Source: Elsinoe ampelina
Taxonomy: Eukaryota
Length of the DNA stretch: 37,080 bases
Direction: 5' to 3'
Assembly (NCBI GenBank): GCA_010093995.1
Contig: ML992507.1
Location: forward strand, 450,528 to 487,607
Part shown: positions 1-11,766 of the stretch, piece after piece
How positions within the stretch are numbered: the stretch's first letter is position 1
Layout: the number at the start of each line of letters is the position of its first letter
Translations under genes and position numbers: made by a program
The notes under the pieces: model-generated
Databases searched by the model: none
What the model saw: only the letters and a program-made list of their open reading frames with translations
What the model was told of the DNA's origin: nothing

Positions 1-134
1 ATATAAGAAGAAGGTAATAAGTCGAGTTATAGATAACTCTTAAAGAAAATAGGCCGCTAGCTAAAAGTTTTAATATTCTCTTTATTATATATTAACTTTT
101 TATACTATTCTATTTACGACTAACTATACTAAGT

Positions 135-1487
135 ATAGCTCGCTCTAACTATAGTAATAACGACTATTGCGTAAGTAAGATCCCTCTACTCTCTACTAAC
201 AATAATAATAAACCTATCTAGTTATTCTATTACGACCTTATTTGCCTTAATAACTCCGACCTAAAAAAGAGATTATAAGAGTTAGATAGTATAATTACTC
301 TATATAAGGCCTTTACCTTTATTAAGTCTACCTACGATAAATAGGTTACTATATATAACTTAGTGTATACTAATACTCTCGATCTATATAACTAGTTAGA
401 TAACGTCCTTATTAAACTAGATATAGCTAATAGTACTACTAATAATCTTACTACCTAGGCCGCGCGCTACCTTACTAATATTAGTAAACTTAAAACTAAA
501 CTAGCCTAGCTAAGAGCTAAGATAGAACGCGCTATACTAGCCTCTTCTATATATAGCGTTATATTATTAGAGAAGATACTAGACTCTACTATCTTCTCTA
601 GTAGTACTCTAGAATAGTTCGAGGTCTTTAAATATTAGATAAAGAATAAGATACGCACTAATACTAACTACTTCTCTACTAAGGCTACCTAGTTTGCCTA
701 CCTATACTTACGTCTCTCTAGTAAAGTATATACCCTTATTATAGACACTGCTAGTAATAACACTATTAGCATCGATAAGATCTTTACTCTTCTAGCTTAA
801 CGCTTTAAGGACCCTAACTATAAGGCTATAGTACGCGCTTAGTTTACTAGTCTCTTCTAGCGTAATATCTCCTTTAACTCCTTTATTAGTAAGTTTAATA
901 AGTATACTCTCTACGCTAAGATTACTAAAGATAAATAGCTCTACTAGCTTTAGTAAAAGATATTTAGTAAGCTATACGCTGCCCTTATTAACTTCGATAC
1001 TAATAGCCTCTCTATCTTTATTATAAAGGCTTATACTACTAATTATAATATCTAGTAGAGTAACCTTATTACTAAGTACACCTAGGCTTTACGCCCTAGC
1101 CTAGCTATAAGCTACGCTACTACTACCTCTACTTATGTATCTTATTTTACCTCTATACCTACTGCTCTAGCTACTTTCTACTCTATTACTAGAGGCGCTC
1201 TATAGCCTTTTTGTCTAACTTAGGTACTTACCTATTACATATATAGTAAACCTAGCTATATCTCTACTAAGTATATAGCTAGTACTTTAGAGAAGGCTAC
1301 TTACGCCGCTATATACCCTGTACGTATTAGTACTATAGAGGAGATATAGTAGCTCTAGAATTGCTTAGCTAAGTTAAGTAACTAAGTTAACACTAGTTTA
1401 GCTTACGAACTAGATCTAGTTTAGCCTTAGTTTAACCCCGAAATAGACTATAAATCTACTAGTTTCTCTAGCTAGAGAAATAAGTAG
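135..1487 (+). pseudogene. gag: A1 gag, RIP-inactivated
   Basis: One frame runs from ATA at 135 (probable RIPed ATG) with only RIP-type stops. It includes an EKxPDP-type capsid motif near 570 and a CCHC knuckle near 1233-1275 (tat tac ata tat agt aaa cct agc tat atc tct act aag tat = CYTCGKPGHISTKC de-RIPed). Confidence 0.85.
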
Positions 1488-3720
1488 CTAGAGAACAAGT
1501 CTTATTCTCTAGTAGAATAAGAGTAATTCGAGATAGATCTAGAGATATATACTTAATAAACAGCGTTATTAGCTACTATATCCCTACTATTATAACTTCT
1601 ATTACTATTTACAACTCCTATAACCGCTCGCGTACTATTATACTTTAAGCCTTTATTAATACTAGCGCGCTTATTAGCGACGTAGTTAATTATAATATCC
1701 TCGATAAGCTAAAGAGCTTCGGCTACCCCGTAGTACTAGCTAGTTCTATTTAGCTTTAAGCCTATAATAGTGTTCTAATAGAGTAAGTTATATATAGTAT
1801 TTCTCTTACTACTACTATTTCTAGTAAGCTAAATAACCTTACTACCTTTCGTATTATAGATATTAGCCAATTTAATATTATTCTTAGCCTTAGCTAGCTT
1901 AAGACTAATAGGGCTACTATCGACTATAAGTATAGCTAAGTTATATACAAAGAAGAGTTTTCGCTAACAGTTATTAAGTAGGAGCTACTATAGCTAATTA
2001 AAAGGCTAGAATCTAGATCTAAGCTTAGCTTAGATCTAGGAATCTAGCTTAGTAAAGCCTCTATTTTAGTTTAGAACTAGTTCGGTTCTAGTTTAGCTCG
2101 CTAACTAGATTCTAGTTTAGCTACTAAATTAGGACGAGCTAGACTATATTAGCTACTAGCTCTTAGATCGAACTTTAAGCTAGATTAGAGAGAGTTTAAG
2201 CTAGTCTCCTATAGCGCTTAGTTAATATATAAGTTCTTCTATATACTTACTTACGTAAGTAACGCTAAATAAGAAGGACTAACTATCGCCTTTATTAGCG
2301 CTACTACCTTTATATTAGTAGCTAAATACTAAAAGAATAAGGTATTTATAATCTTAGTAAAGAACATTAAGAATTACTACCGAATAGCCTCTAAGCTAGA
2401 ACTAGACCTTATAGTAGTTCTTCTAGAGGAGCTATATAAATTCGCTAATGTCTTCTCTAAAGAATAATCTAATACGCTTCCCTAACATCGACTAGATTTT
2501 AATAATAGTATTACTCTTAAAGATAGCGCTAAATTACTACGTATAGAGCCTTTATACTACCTATTCTCTAAGGAGCTTAATATAGTAGAATAGTTCGTCT
2601 ATAAGTACCTTAATAAAGGCTTTATTATACTAAGCTCTACTAGCTATTTCTTACCTATTTTCTTTATTTGTAAGCTAGGTAGAGATCTCCGCCTCTACGT
2701 TAATTACTATAGCCTTAATAAGGTAACTAAGTAAGACATCTATTTACTACTCCTTATTAAAGAAACACTTACGCGCGTAAGTAAGGCTAAATAGTTTAGT
2801 AAGATTAACATCTATTAAGCCTTCTATTACCTCTATAACTCTATTAATAGCGAGGATCTAACTATGTTCTTTATATATATAAGTAACTTTAAGTACTTAG
2901 TAATACCTTTTAGCCTTACTAACGCCTCTATAGTATAGTAGAGATTTATAAATTAGAATTTCGTCGATATGCTAGAGTGCTTCGTATTAATCTATCTAGA
3001 TAACATTCTTATCTATACTAATAGTACTTACTAAGAGTATACTAAGCATATTAGTAAGCTTATACTCTAGAGGCTTTATAAATTAGACCTAAACGCTAAT
3101 ATTAAGAAGAGTAAGTTCTACCTAATAGAGGTAAAGTACCTTAGTATTATTATTAGCTAAGATAGAGTTAAGATAGACCCTAAGAAGGTAAAAGCTATTT
3201 AAGCGTAGAAACAGCTAGCCCCTAGTAATACTACTTAGGTAAGGAGCTTTATTAGCTTCTATAGCTACTATTATTACTTTATTAAGGGATTTAGTACTAT
3301 CGCTAAGCTACTAAACGATCTACTTAAGAAGAATACTATACTATAGAACAATAAGTATACTACTATATTTAATTACATAAAGTATACTATTATAAGCGCG
3401 CCTATCCTTACGTACTTTAATCGCTCGAAATAGATAGTCCTTAAGATAGACGCCTCCGACACTACTACTACTAGAATTCTATTATAATATAATAAGTCTA
3501 ACGTTCTTTAGCCTATTACCTTTTTTAGTAAATCTATAAACGAAGCTAAGCGTAACTACGCTATCTACAACAAGGAGCTACTAGCTATTATCTAAGCCTT
3601 TAAGAAGTAGGCCTCTAAGCTTATAAGCACTTAATCTAATAAGGCTATCTATATCCTTACTAACTACTAATCCTTAATACATTTTATAAAGACTTAGAAG
3701 CTATTACGCCGCTAAGTATG
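1478..3720 (+). pseudogene. pol: A1 pol 5' part (protease, RT, most of RNase H), RIP-inactivated
   Basis: Frame is -1 relative to gag. AFIDTGA protease motif near 1649 (clearer in A2/A3 as gcc ttt atc gac act), YLD(D)IL near 2992, TDASD near 3445, NYAIYDKELLAI near 3554. Confidence 0.9.
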
Positions 3721-4183
3721 TATTACGAACTAGTAGAATAGCTAGAGTATAGAGACGTTAGAACTAATTAAACTACTAAGGTTATTACGTAACCTAGCCT
3801 AATATTTACTTAGTTCTCTATCTTCCCTAGCAGCTCTACTCTAGAAACTATAGAGCACGTAGGTTACTAGCGGACGTATACTCTATATTGCTTCTAACTC
3901 TCGCTATAAAGTATATAGAGTATATAGAGTACGTAATATAGAATATATATATATAGGAATAGTCCTTACCTTATATAAGTACTATAGTTAACCTTGTCTA
4001 GATAGCGAACACTAGTATTACTAAGGCTAGCCTTTATAATACTATCTAATTGTACTTTATTATCTATAAGATATACCTTCTCTAACTCTTACCTTAGTAC
4101 TATACTACTATAGAAGTAGAACTACCTCGTTCTTAGCTTAGCTTAGACTACTAGCGTAGGCTATATTTAGACAGTTTATAACA
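3721..4183 (+). repeat. B1 5' LTR (463 bp)
   Basis: Direct repeat of 28706-29168 and inverted repeat of 12667-13129. Termini T(G/A)TTA...TAACA. Confidence 0.95.
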
Positions 4184-4299
4184 TTTTAACTACTCTTACT
4201 ATAGTATAGCACGCTACAAGGTTAATAAGTAACTCTCGCTCTAAGTTACTCTTAGTATCTTTAATCGCTAGTAAGCTAGAGAAGCTTACTATTAATAAC

Positions 4300-6291
4300 A
4301 TATCTACTACTAGTTTAACCTCGGGTAAACATAGAAGGTCTATTAGTATAGGTAAGAAACGAAGTAAGCCTAAGGTAGAGGTAGAACTCTTCTATAGGGA
4401 CTATACCTATCTAAGGCGCTTCCTTATCTAGCTTAAGATCTTCTTTGCTCTAGAAGGAGATAAGTACGCTAACGATATAGCTAAGGTCCTTTATACTAGT
4501 ATATAGCTTAAGGGTGCTACCTTTAGGTAGTTTAAACTCTATATAGAAGGCTACCTAGATAAGTAACTAAGTTCTAATACAAAAGCTATCTTTAAAAGCT
4601 TTAAGCTATTTTAAGCTAAGATTAAGTAAGTCTTTAACGTGTTAAATAAGAAATATATCGCTACGACGAAGATTAGATAACTCTAACAACGTAGATCTAT
4701 AGCCTAGTACTATTCCTAATTCTAGTAACTTATAATATACCTAGACTAGAACGATAGTACTAAACACTTAGTATTCTATTAAGGACTAAGCGACTTAGTT
4801 AAAGACTAAATAATACCTAAGCTGCCTAATAGTCTTTAGGAACTAGTAGATACTATAATTACTATTAATAATAGACTTTATAAATAACATATAGAACGTT
4901 ATAGAGGATATAAGGTAAATACTAGATATACGCGTTTCTCTTAGAATTATAGAGACTCTATAGAACTTAACGCTATACGTAAAGGCTACCCCTTATAGGT
5001 ATAAGGCTATAGCTATAGAGGAAAGTTCCTTAGTAGAAAAGAGAGAGAGAAGTATAGATAAGATAACTTATATTTTAAATATAAAAGACCTAGACATCGG
5101 GCTAGGGACTACTAATAAGAGGCGCTAGCTAATAGATTACATATAATAGTTGCTAGGCTAGTAGAGAAAAAGGCTAACACTACTATAGAAGACCTAACGA
5201 CCTTTAGTATAGGTAAAGAAACATAGAAGAAGTCTATAATAACTTAAGAGGTAATAGAACTCTCTCTAGATATTATACTTAATATCTCTATAACTAATAA
5301 TAAATAATAAAGCTATTACGTAATGCTATTATAGATAGCATATTATAACAACTCTTATTATATTTACTTATTAGACAAGTAGGGATCTAGTTAGTTTCTA
5401 TATAAGCTATCTAAGCGTAGGTAACTAATAAAATAGCTAGACTAGGAGCTTAACCTAGAAAGGCTCCCTATAATTAGTAGTAGCATTAACTAACCTTAGA
5501 AGGTAGTTAGCGATAATTACTAATATACAATTATTAAAACGAAGTACTAGAACGCAAGTACTATATAATAATATAGTAGTCTTACCTTTAGCTCTTATAG
5601 CGAACTATAAGGAAAGGTATATTATATATCGCTCTAGAAATGCATAAATCTAAATTACAAATAGTACTATACTATCTACTTATATAATATACTTAGAGAA
5701 GACACTATTAGTCTTAAATACACTACGGACTTCTTAGTAATTAAAATAGATAGTACTATCCCCTATAGCTAAGTAAGAGAGTATACTTAGTATAGCTTTA
5801 CTAATTGTAACTATACTAGAGGTAGTAGTAATAAAGAGAAATATAACAAAGAATATACTAAATAACTATAATATAATAATATAGATAAGGACTTATCTAA
5901 TAATAATAACAACGACGATATACTACTACTAAGTAGACAACTTAAGGTATACCTTATAGAAATATAGAGAAATTATATAATAATATACACCTACTACTAG
6001 AATAGGACATAATAAGACAAATCTACTTAACTTATATTTATCTTCGACACTAATATATAGCTCTATCTAGAGAGAATAGTTATACTAATATAGGTGTATA
6101 ACACTACTTAGTATAATTAGTAGAGAGTTATTAGACTTTATAGTTATTAAGGAACTTAAGCGCTAGAAGTCTACCTTATAATGTTAAATAGTAATAAGAT
6201 ATAACTAGCCTAATAGGTATAGTACTAATAGTAGATACGTGTAGGAAGAGATTAGCTACTTATCTAAGGAGCTATAATAATAAAAAACTAG
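4300..6291 (+). pseudogene. gag: B1 gag with long extension after the zinc knuckle, RIP-inactivated
   Basis: Retrotransposon gag-like ELFxGDRxRLRRFLIQLKIFF...LKGAAFxWFxPY at 4384-4542. CCHC knuckle near 5071-5112. Putative start, knuckle and AAAAAAC-TAG end (6282-6291) share one frame. Confidence 0.8.
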
Positions 6292-8416
6292 CTAGTTGTT
6301 ACCTAATAAGGTAAGATAATAACACTAGCTAAAACCTTAATATAATAAAGATCTATACGTTAAACTACTTTATACTAGAAGTCGAAATATAAGAGAATAA
6401 GGTAAGAGTAATAATAGATTTAGGAGCTAACTATAGCTACGTCTCTATAATAGTTACTAATTAGCTTAAACCTTATTAATATTAGAAGGAGTTACCTTAC
6501 CTACTTACTATAGTAGATAGAACCTCTATAGAAAAGAATAGGAAATTTACTTAGGAACTATAAGACGTTATAATTAAAATTAAAATATATATAGAAAAAC
6601 GATTAATTAATATAGTTAACATATAGTATAATATAGTACTTAGTATAGACTAGCTTTAGTAATATAATCTAGACGTAGACTAGATTAAAGAAACACTTAA
6701 ATTCCCTAAGTACAATTATAGGATATAGGAAGTATAATCGGCTCTATAGATACTAACTATAAGAATAGTATAGATACGACTAATAGTTAGAGCTATTACT
6801 AGTATAAGTAATTAAGTACTTCTACTAGAATATAAAGACTTTAAGGACTTATTTAAGGAATAGAAAGGTATTATAGCCTTGCCTTAATATAAACTATAGA
6901 ATTACAAAATACCTTTTAAGAAAGGTAAATTCCTAATATACTACTAAGGTCTTATACTATTATTAAAAAAGGAGAAAGACTTCCTTAAGAAATATATTAA
7001 TAAGTACCTATAGAAAGGATTTATATAACTATTAAAATTACTAATTACGTATAGAGTACTCTTTATACCGAAGAAGAATAGATCGCTACGACTATATATT
7101 AATTACTAGAAACTTAATACAATTACTAGAAAGAACTATTATTCTCTTCTAAGGATTAATAAACTTTAGAATTAACTTATTAGAGCTAAATAGTTCACTA
7201 TAATTAATATTAGGGACGCCTACTACTAAATACGAATAAAGGATAGTAAGGAGTAGAAGACGGCTTTTAGGACTAGGTAGAGACTCTATAAGTACCTCGT
7301 TATACTCTTTAGTCTAACTAACGTACCTATATCCTTCTAAGAATTAATTAATAATACTTTTAGAAAGTACCTTAATAACTTTGTCTCGGTATACTTAGAT
7401 AATATTATAGTCTTCTTAAAGATATATAATAAATATATAGAATATATTTATAAGGTACTATAGAAACTAAAAGAAAAAGACCTACTAGTAAAACTCTCTA
7501 AGTATAAGTTTTATAAATACAAGATACAATTTCTAGACTATATTATATCTACTAATAGCATCGGACCTAATCTAAAGAAGATTAAGTTAGTAAATAACTA
7601 GCTAGAACCTATAATAGTTAAGGAGGTTTAAGCGCTACTAAGGTTCTTTAACTACTACTATAAGTTTATTAAGAGGTTCTTTAAGGTAGCTATACTAATA
7701 TTTAACCTTATAAAAAAGAAAACTAGCTTTATCTTTAACAAAAAATATAGATAGACCTTTAAGAAGCTAAAACTTAGACTTATAATAGTACCTATTCTAG
7801 CACTCTTTAACCTAGACCGATAAGTACTACTAGAAATAGATGCCTTAGACTTTGCAATAGAAGTATATCTAGTGTAGAATAACATAGAAGAACGACGCTA
7901 TCTAATTATATACTACTTACGAAAAATGACCGGACCTAAACTTAACTATAACATATATAATAAGGAGTTACTTATAATTATAAAAGCATTCTACGAGTAG
8001 AGAGTATACCTAGAAGAAATAACCTTACCTATATAAGTCTATACCAACTATAAGAACCTTCTATATTAGATAACTACTAAGGTTCTTAATAGATAATAAG
8101 TATAATAGTTAGAAACGCTTATAAGCTATAACTTCTAGATCTATTACATTAAGGAATTAGAAAACAGCGAAGTAGATACTCTTAGCCGCCGGCTAGATTA
8201 CTTAAAAAATATAATAATAATAAAGGCCTCTATACTAAAGTAGTAAGATAGCGCTCTAGTCTATAAGTACTCGAAGGTAGAGTAGTTATATAGCCTTACC
8301 TAGGAGCTTATATAAGAATAAAAACAGAAAGTTATTTAAATACACTATAATAATCTAATAGTAGAACATAGTAGGATTAATAAGACTATTAAACTTATTA
8401 TATAGAACTACCTATA
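6282..8416 (+). pseudogene. pol: B1 pol part 1 (protease, RT, RNase H, start of integrase HHCC)
   Basis: ID(S)GA at 6414-6428, YLD(D)II at 7392, LETDASDFAI near 7830, LNYDIHDKELL near 7940, H...GH..IDKT near 8343-8390. Broken by C1 at 8417. Confidence 0.9.
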
Positions 8417-8603
8417 TATTAAAGCCTTATATTAAAGCTATATATATCGTAATATAGAGAACGCCTATCTAACTAAATAGTCCGTTAGTAGTAGAACTAA
8501 TTACTATTAAGCCTTAGGCGCAAGCGCTACGTAGAATATTTAAGTATATTACATAAGCGGGACTAGTCGCTACTAAGTGCTGCTCTAATACTAAGCTCTT
8601 ATA
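8417..8603 (-). repeat. C1 3' LTR (187 bp)
   Basis: Direct repeat of 20378-20564 and adjacent to the minus-strand PPT. Confidence 0.95.
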
Positions 8604-9041
8604 ATTGCCTTCTCCTCTAGGAGAGCTGTCCTTAGCTCTCGACTAGAAGTATATAACGTATAGTGTTATTTAGAGGTAATATAGGCGTAAGGTAGTTAAG
8701 GCATTTTTATAAAGGTCTCGTATATATCTTATATAATGTCTAGTAGTAGTAGTCCTAGGAATCTAGTTCCTAGGGGGGCGTTTATCTAGTCGCTATAGCG
8801 CTAAAGCTAATCGGCAGTAATAATATTACTTTTCTTAGAATTCCTAGTAGTATTATAGAAGACGTACGCCTTACGCTAGTAGCTATAACAAAGATATAGT
8901 ATACTAGAGATTAGTCTATATAATCTTATCGTTCCCCCTTGTATTTTTCTTTTCTATCTAAAATATATCTATATTTTATTAATCTCTTACTATATAAGCG
9001 TACTACCTACGACTATTATATTATTTAACTCTAGCTCCCCT

Positions 9042-9813
9042 ATAGCTAATACTTATAGCGTAAGGTCTACTAGCGCCTAGAGAGCTATTGCCGCTAGCGC
9101 CGACTCTATAACTCTTTTACTTCCTAAAGAGGAGGCCGATACCTATGCTAGGTATACTAATAGCGTCGCTAAGGGTAAGCTAATAGAGCTCTTATAAGAG
9201 ATATAACTAATTTATAGTAGGTCGTGTCTATACTAGAGACAACTTTAGTATCTTCTTCTATTATAAGTATAAATACTATACCTATAGTAAGCACGTATAC
9301 GAGCTACTCCTATCTATTCTACATAATATATATATCGACGCCTTTAATATAGTTACTAAGCTTAAGGCCCCCGACTAGGCTAGTATCACCGCGGCTAAGA
9401 AGTATATATATACTATAGCCTATAAGAACGTCCCTAAGGTTAAGAAGTTTAAGACTATACTTAAGGTATACTATACTAATAAGAACAAGGTTATTAGCGA
9501 GGTCTTAACTCCTTATATAGGGCCTGTAGGCGGCTCGCTTAGTAGTGTTACGCTCGAGTATAAGAAGGTTAAGAAGCTATAGAAGATTAGGCGTAGCCTT
9601 TATAGCTTAATTACTATTAGTAAGGAGGTAAGCTAGACTATACTCCTTATACGTTGTAAATATAGCTAATAGGTTTAGATAGTATATAACTCTAGTAGTT
9701 CTACTACTAAAATCGACTATGTTATAGCCGGTAGGTAGCTTATAGCCCCTATAGCACCCGTAGGGGAGGATCTTAGTATAGAGGTAAACGAGGATAGTAA
9801 TAAGGACAAGTAG
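9042..9813 (+). pseudogene. C1 antisense accessory gene, 3 exons (~9042-9174, 9218-9627, 9679-9813), putative six-Cys cluster protein of ~225 aa
   Basis: Two GTAAGC...CTAAT...TAG introns (9175-9217, 9628-9678) join three segments into one 678-nt frame with only RIP-type stops. TAT/TAC codons are spaced C-x2-C-x10-C-x12-C-x2-C-x6-C. The middle is basic and the C-terminus acidic. Confidence 0.65.
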
Positions 9814-9873
9814 GCATATATAAGCTAGGTGTATATCTCTAGCGCTATACCTATAATAAGGCCTTATATAGAA

Positions 9874-10076
9874 TAATACGAGATAGATACGAACTAGATT
9901 TAGTTAGGATATAGTTTAGATTAGTTACGTAATCTTAGTATTATAGCCTAGGCTTTTAGCTACTTTACCCTCGATATTATATATGCTTTATATACTAGCT
10001 TTTCTTTTTCTTCTTCTAAGTCTTAATATTTTAATAAATAGACATAATTAACTTCTTATCTTACTAGTTGTAATTA
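9874..10076 (+). repeat. A2 5' LTR (203 bp)
   Basis: Matches four other family A LTRs in the window. Confidence 0.95.
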
Positions 10077-10078
10077 CT

Positions 10079-10090
10079 ATATTAAGACTT
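10079..10090 (+). promoter_or_regulatory. Self-priming type primer-binding site of family A
   Basis: atattaagactt is the exact reverse complement of LTR bases 10018-10029, which lie ~25-30 bp downstream of a TATA-like tttatata. Confidence 0.65.
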
Positions 10091-10413
10091 TAAAACAACT
10101 ATAACTAAGTAATAGAGCTATTAAACTATCTAGTTATTCTACTACTTACGTAACTACTAATAACTACTACTTATAAAGAATTAAAGAATTAAAGAAGAAG
10201 CTATTATAACTATAGTTCCTACGTATACTATAATAGATCCTTACTACTACTATATAGGTTAATACTACAAATCTTAAAGATATAAGAAGAAGGTAATAAG
10301 TCGAGTTATAGATAACTCTTAAAGGAAGTAGGCTACTAGCTAAAAATTTTAATATTCCCTTTATTACGCGTTAACTTTTTATACTATTTTATTTACAACT
10401 AACTATACTAAGT

Positions 10414-11766
10414 ATAGCTTACTCTAACTATAGTAATAACAATTGCTACGTAAGTAAGATTCCTTTACCTTCTACTAATAATAATAACGAACTAGTCTAG
10501 TTAGTCTACTACGACCTTATCTACCTTAGTAACACTAACCTTAAGAAGAAGTAGTAAGAGATAGACAGTATAACTACTCTATATAAAGCCTTCGCCTTTA
10601 TCGAGTCTACCTACGACAAATAGGTTACTATATATAACTTAGTATATGCCGACGCTCTTAACCTATATAACTAGTTAGATAACGTTCTAATAGAACTAGA
10701 TACTACTAATAGCACTACTAATAATCTTACTATCTAGACTACGCGCTATCTCGTAGACATTAGCAAACTTAAGACTAAACTAGCCTAGCTAAGAGCTAAG
10801 ATAGGACGTGTTATACTAGCTCTCTTTACACGTAGTACTATATTATTAGAAAAGATACTAGACCCCGCTATCTTCTCTAGTAGCACTCTAGAACAGTTCG
10901 AGGTTTTTAAGCACTAGATAAAGAATAAGATACGTATTAACGCTAACTACTTCTCTACTAAGGCTACTTAGTTCGCCTACCTATACTTACGCCTCTCTAG
11001 CGAAGTATATACCCTTATTATAGACTCCGCTAGTAATAATACTCTCGATATTAAAGCCTCTCTTAGTCTATTAGCCTAGCGTTTCGAGGATCTAAACTGT
11101 AAGGCTATAGTACGCGCTTAGTTTACTAGTCTCTTCTAGCGTAATATCTCCTTTAACTCCTTTATTAGTAAGTTTAATAAGTATGCTCTCTACGCTAAGA
11201 TTGCTAAAGATAAATAGCTCTACTAGCTCCGCTAGAAGATATTTAGTAAGCTACGTGCCGCCCTTATTAATTTTAATACTAATAGCCTCTCTATCTTTAT
11301 TATAAAGGCCTACGCTACCGATTATAACATTTAATAGAGTAACCTTATTACTAAGCGCACTTAAGCCTTACGCGCTAGACTAGCTATAAGTTACACTACT
11401 ACTATTCCGGCTTATGTGTCTTATTCTACCTCTATACCTACTACTTTAGCTACCTTCTACTCTATTACCGGAGGGGCCCTATAGCTCTTCTATCCGGCTT
11501 AGACACTTACCTATTACACATGTAGTAAGCCTAGCTATATCTCTACTAAGTGTATAGCTAGCGCCTTAGAGAAGGCTACTTACGCCGCTATACGCCCTAT
11601 ACGTATTAGCGCTATAGAAGAGATATAATAGCTCTAGAATTACTTAGCTAAATTAAGTAACTAAGTCGACACTAGTTCGGCTTATAAACTAGATCTAGTT
11701 TAGCCTTAATTTAACCCCGAAGTAGACTATAAGTCTACTAACCTCTCTAGCTAGAGAAACAAGTAG
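10414..11766 (+). pseudogene. gag: A2 gag, RIP-inactivated
   Basis: Colinear with A1 gag at offset 10279. CCHC knuckle near 11512-11553. Confidence 0.85.

Noticed and set aside
7658..7885. 75-aa minus-strand ORF from the ORF track
   Set aside because: It is antisense to B1 RT/RNase H, has the I/L/F/Y/K-rich composition typical of RIPed DNA, and is best explained as a chance open frame.
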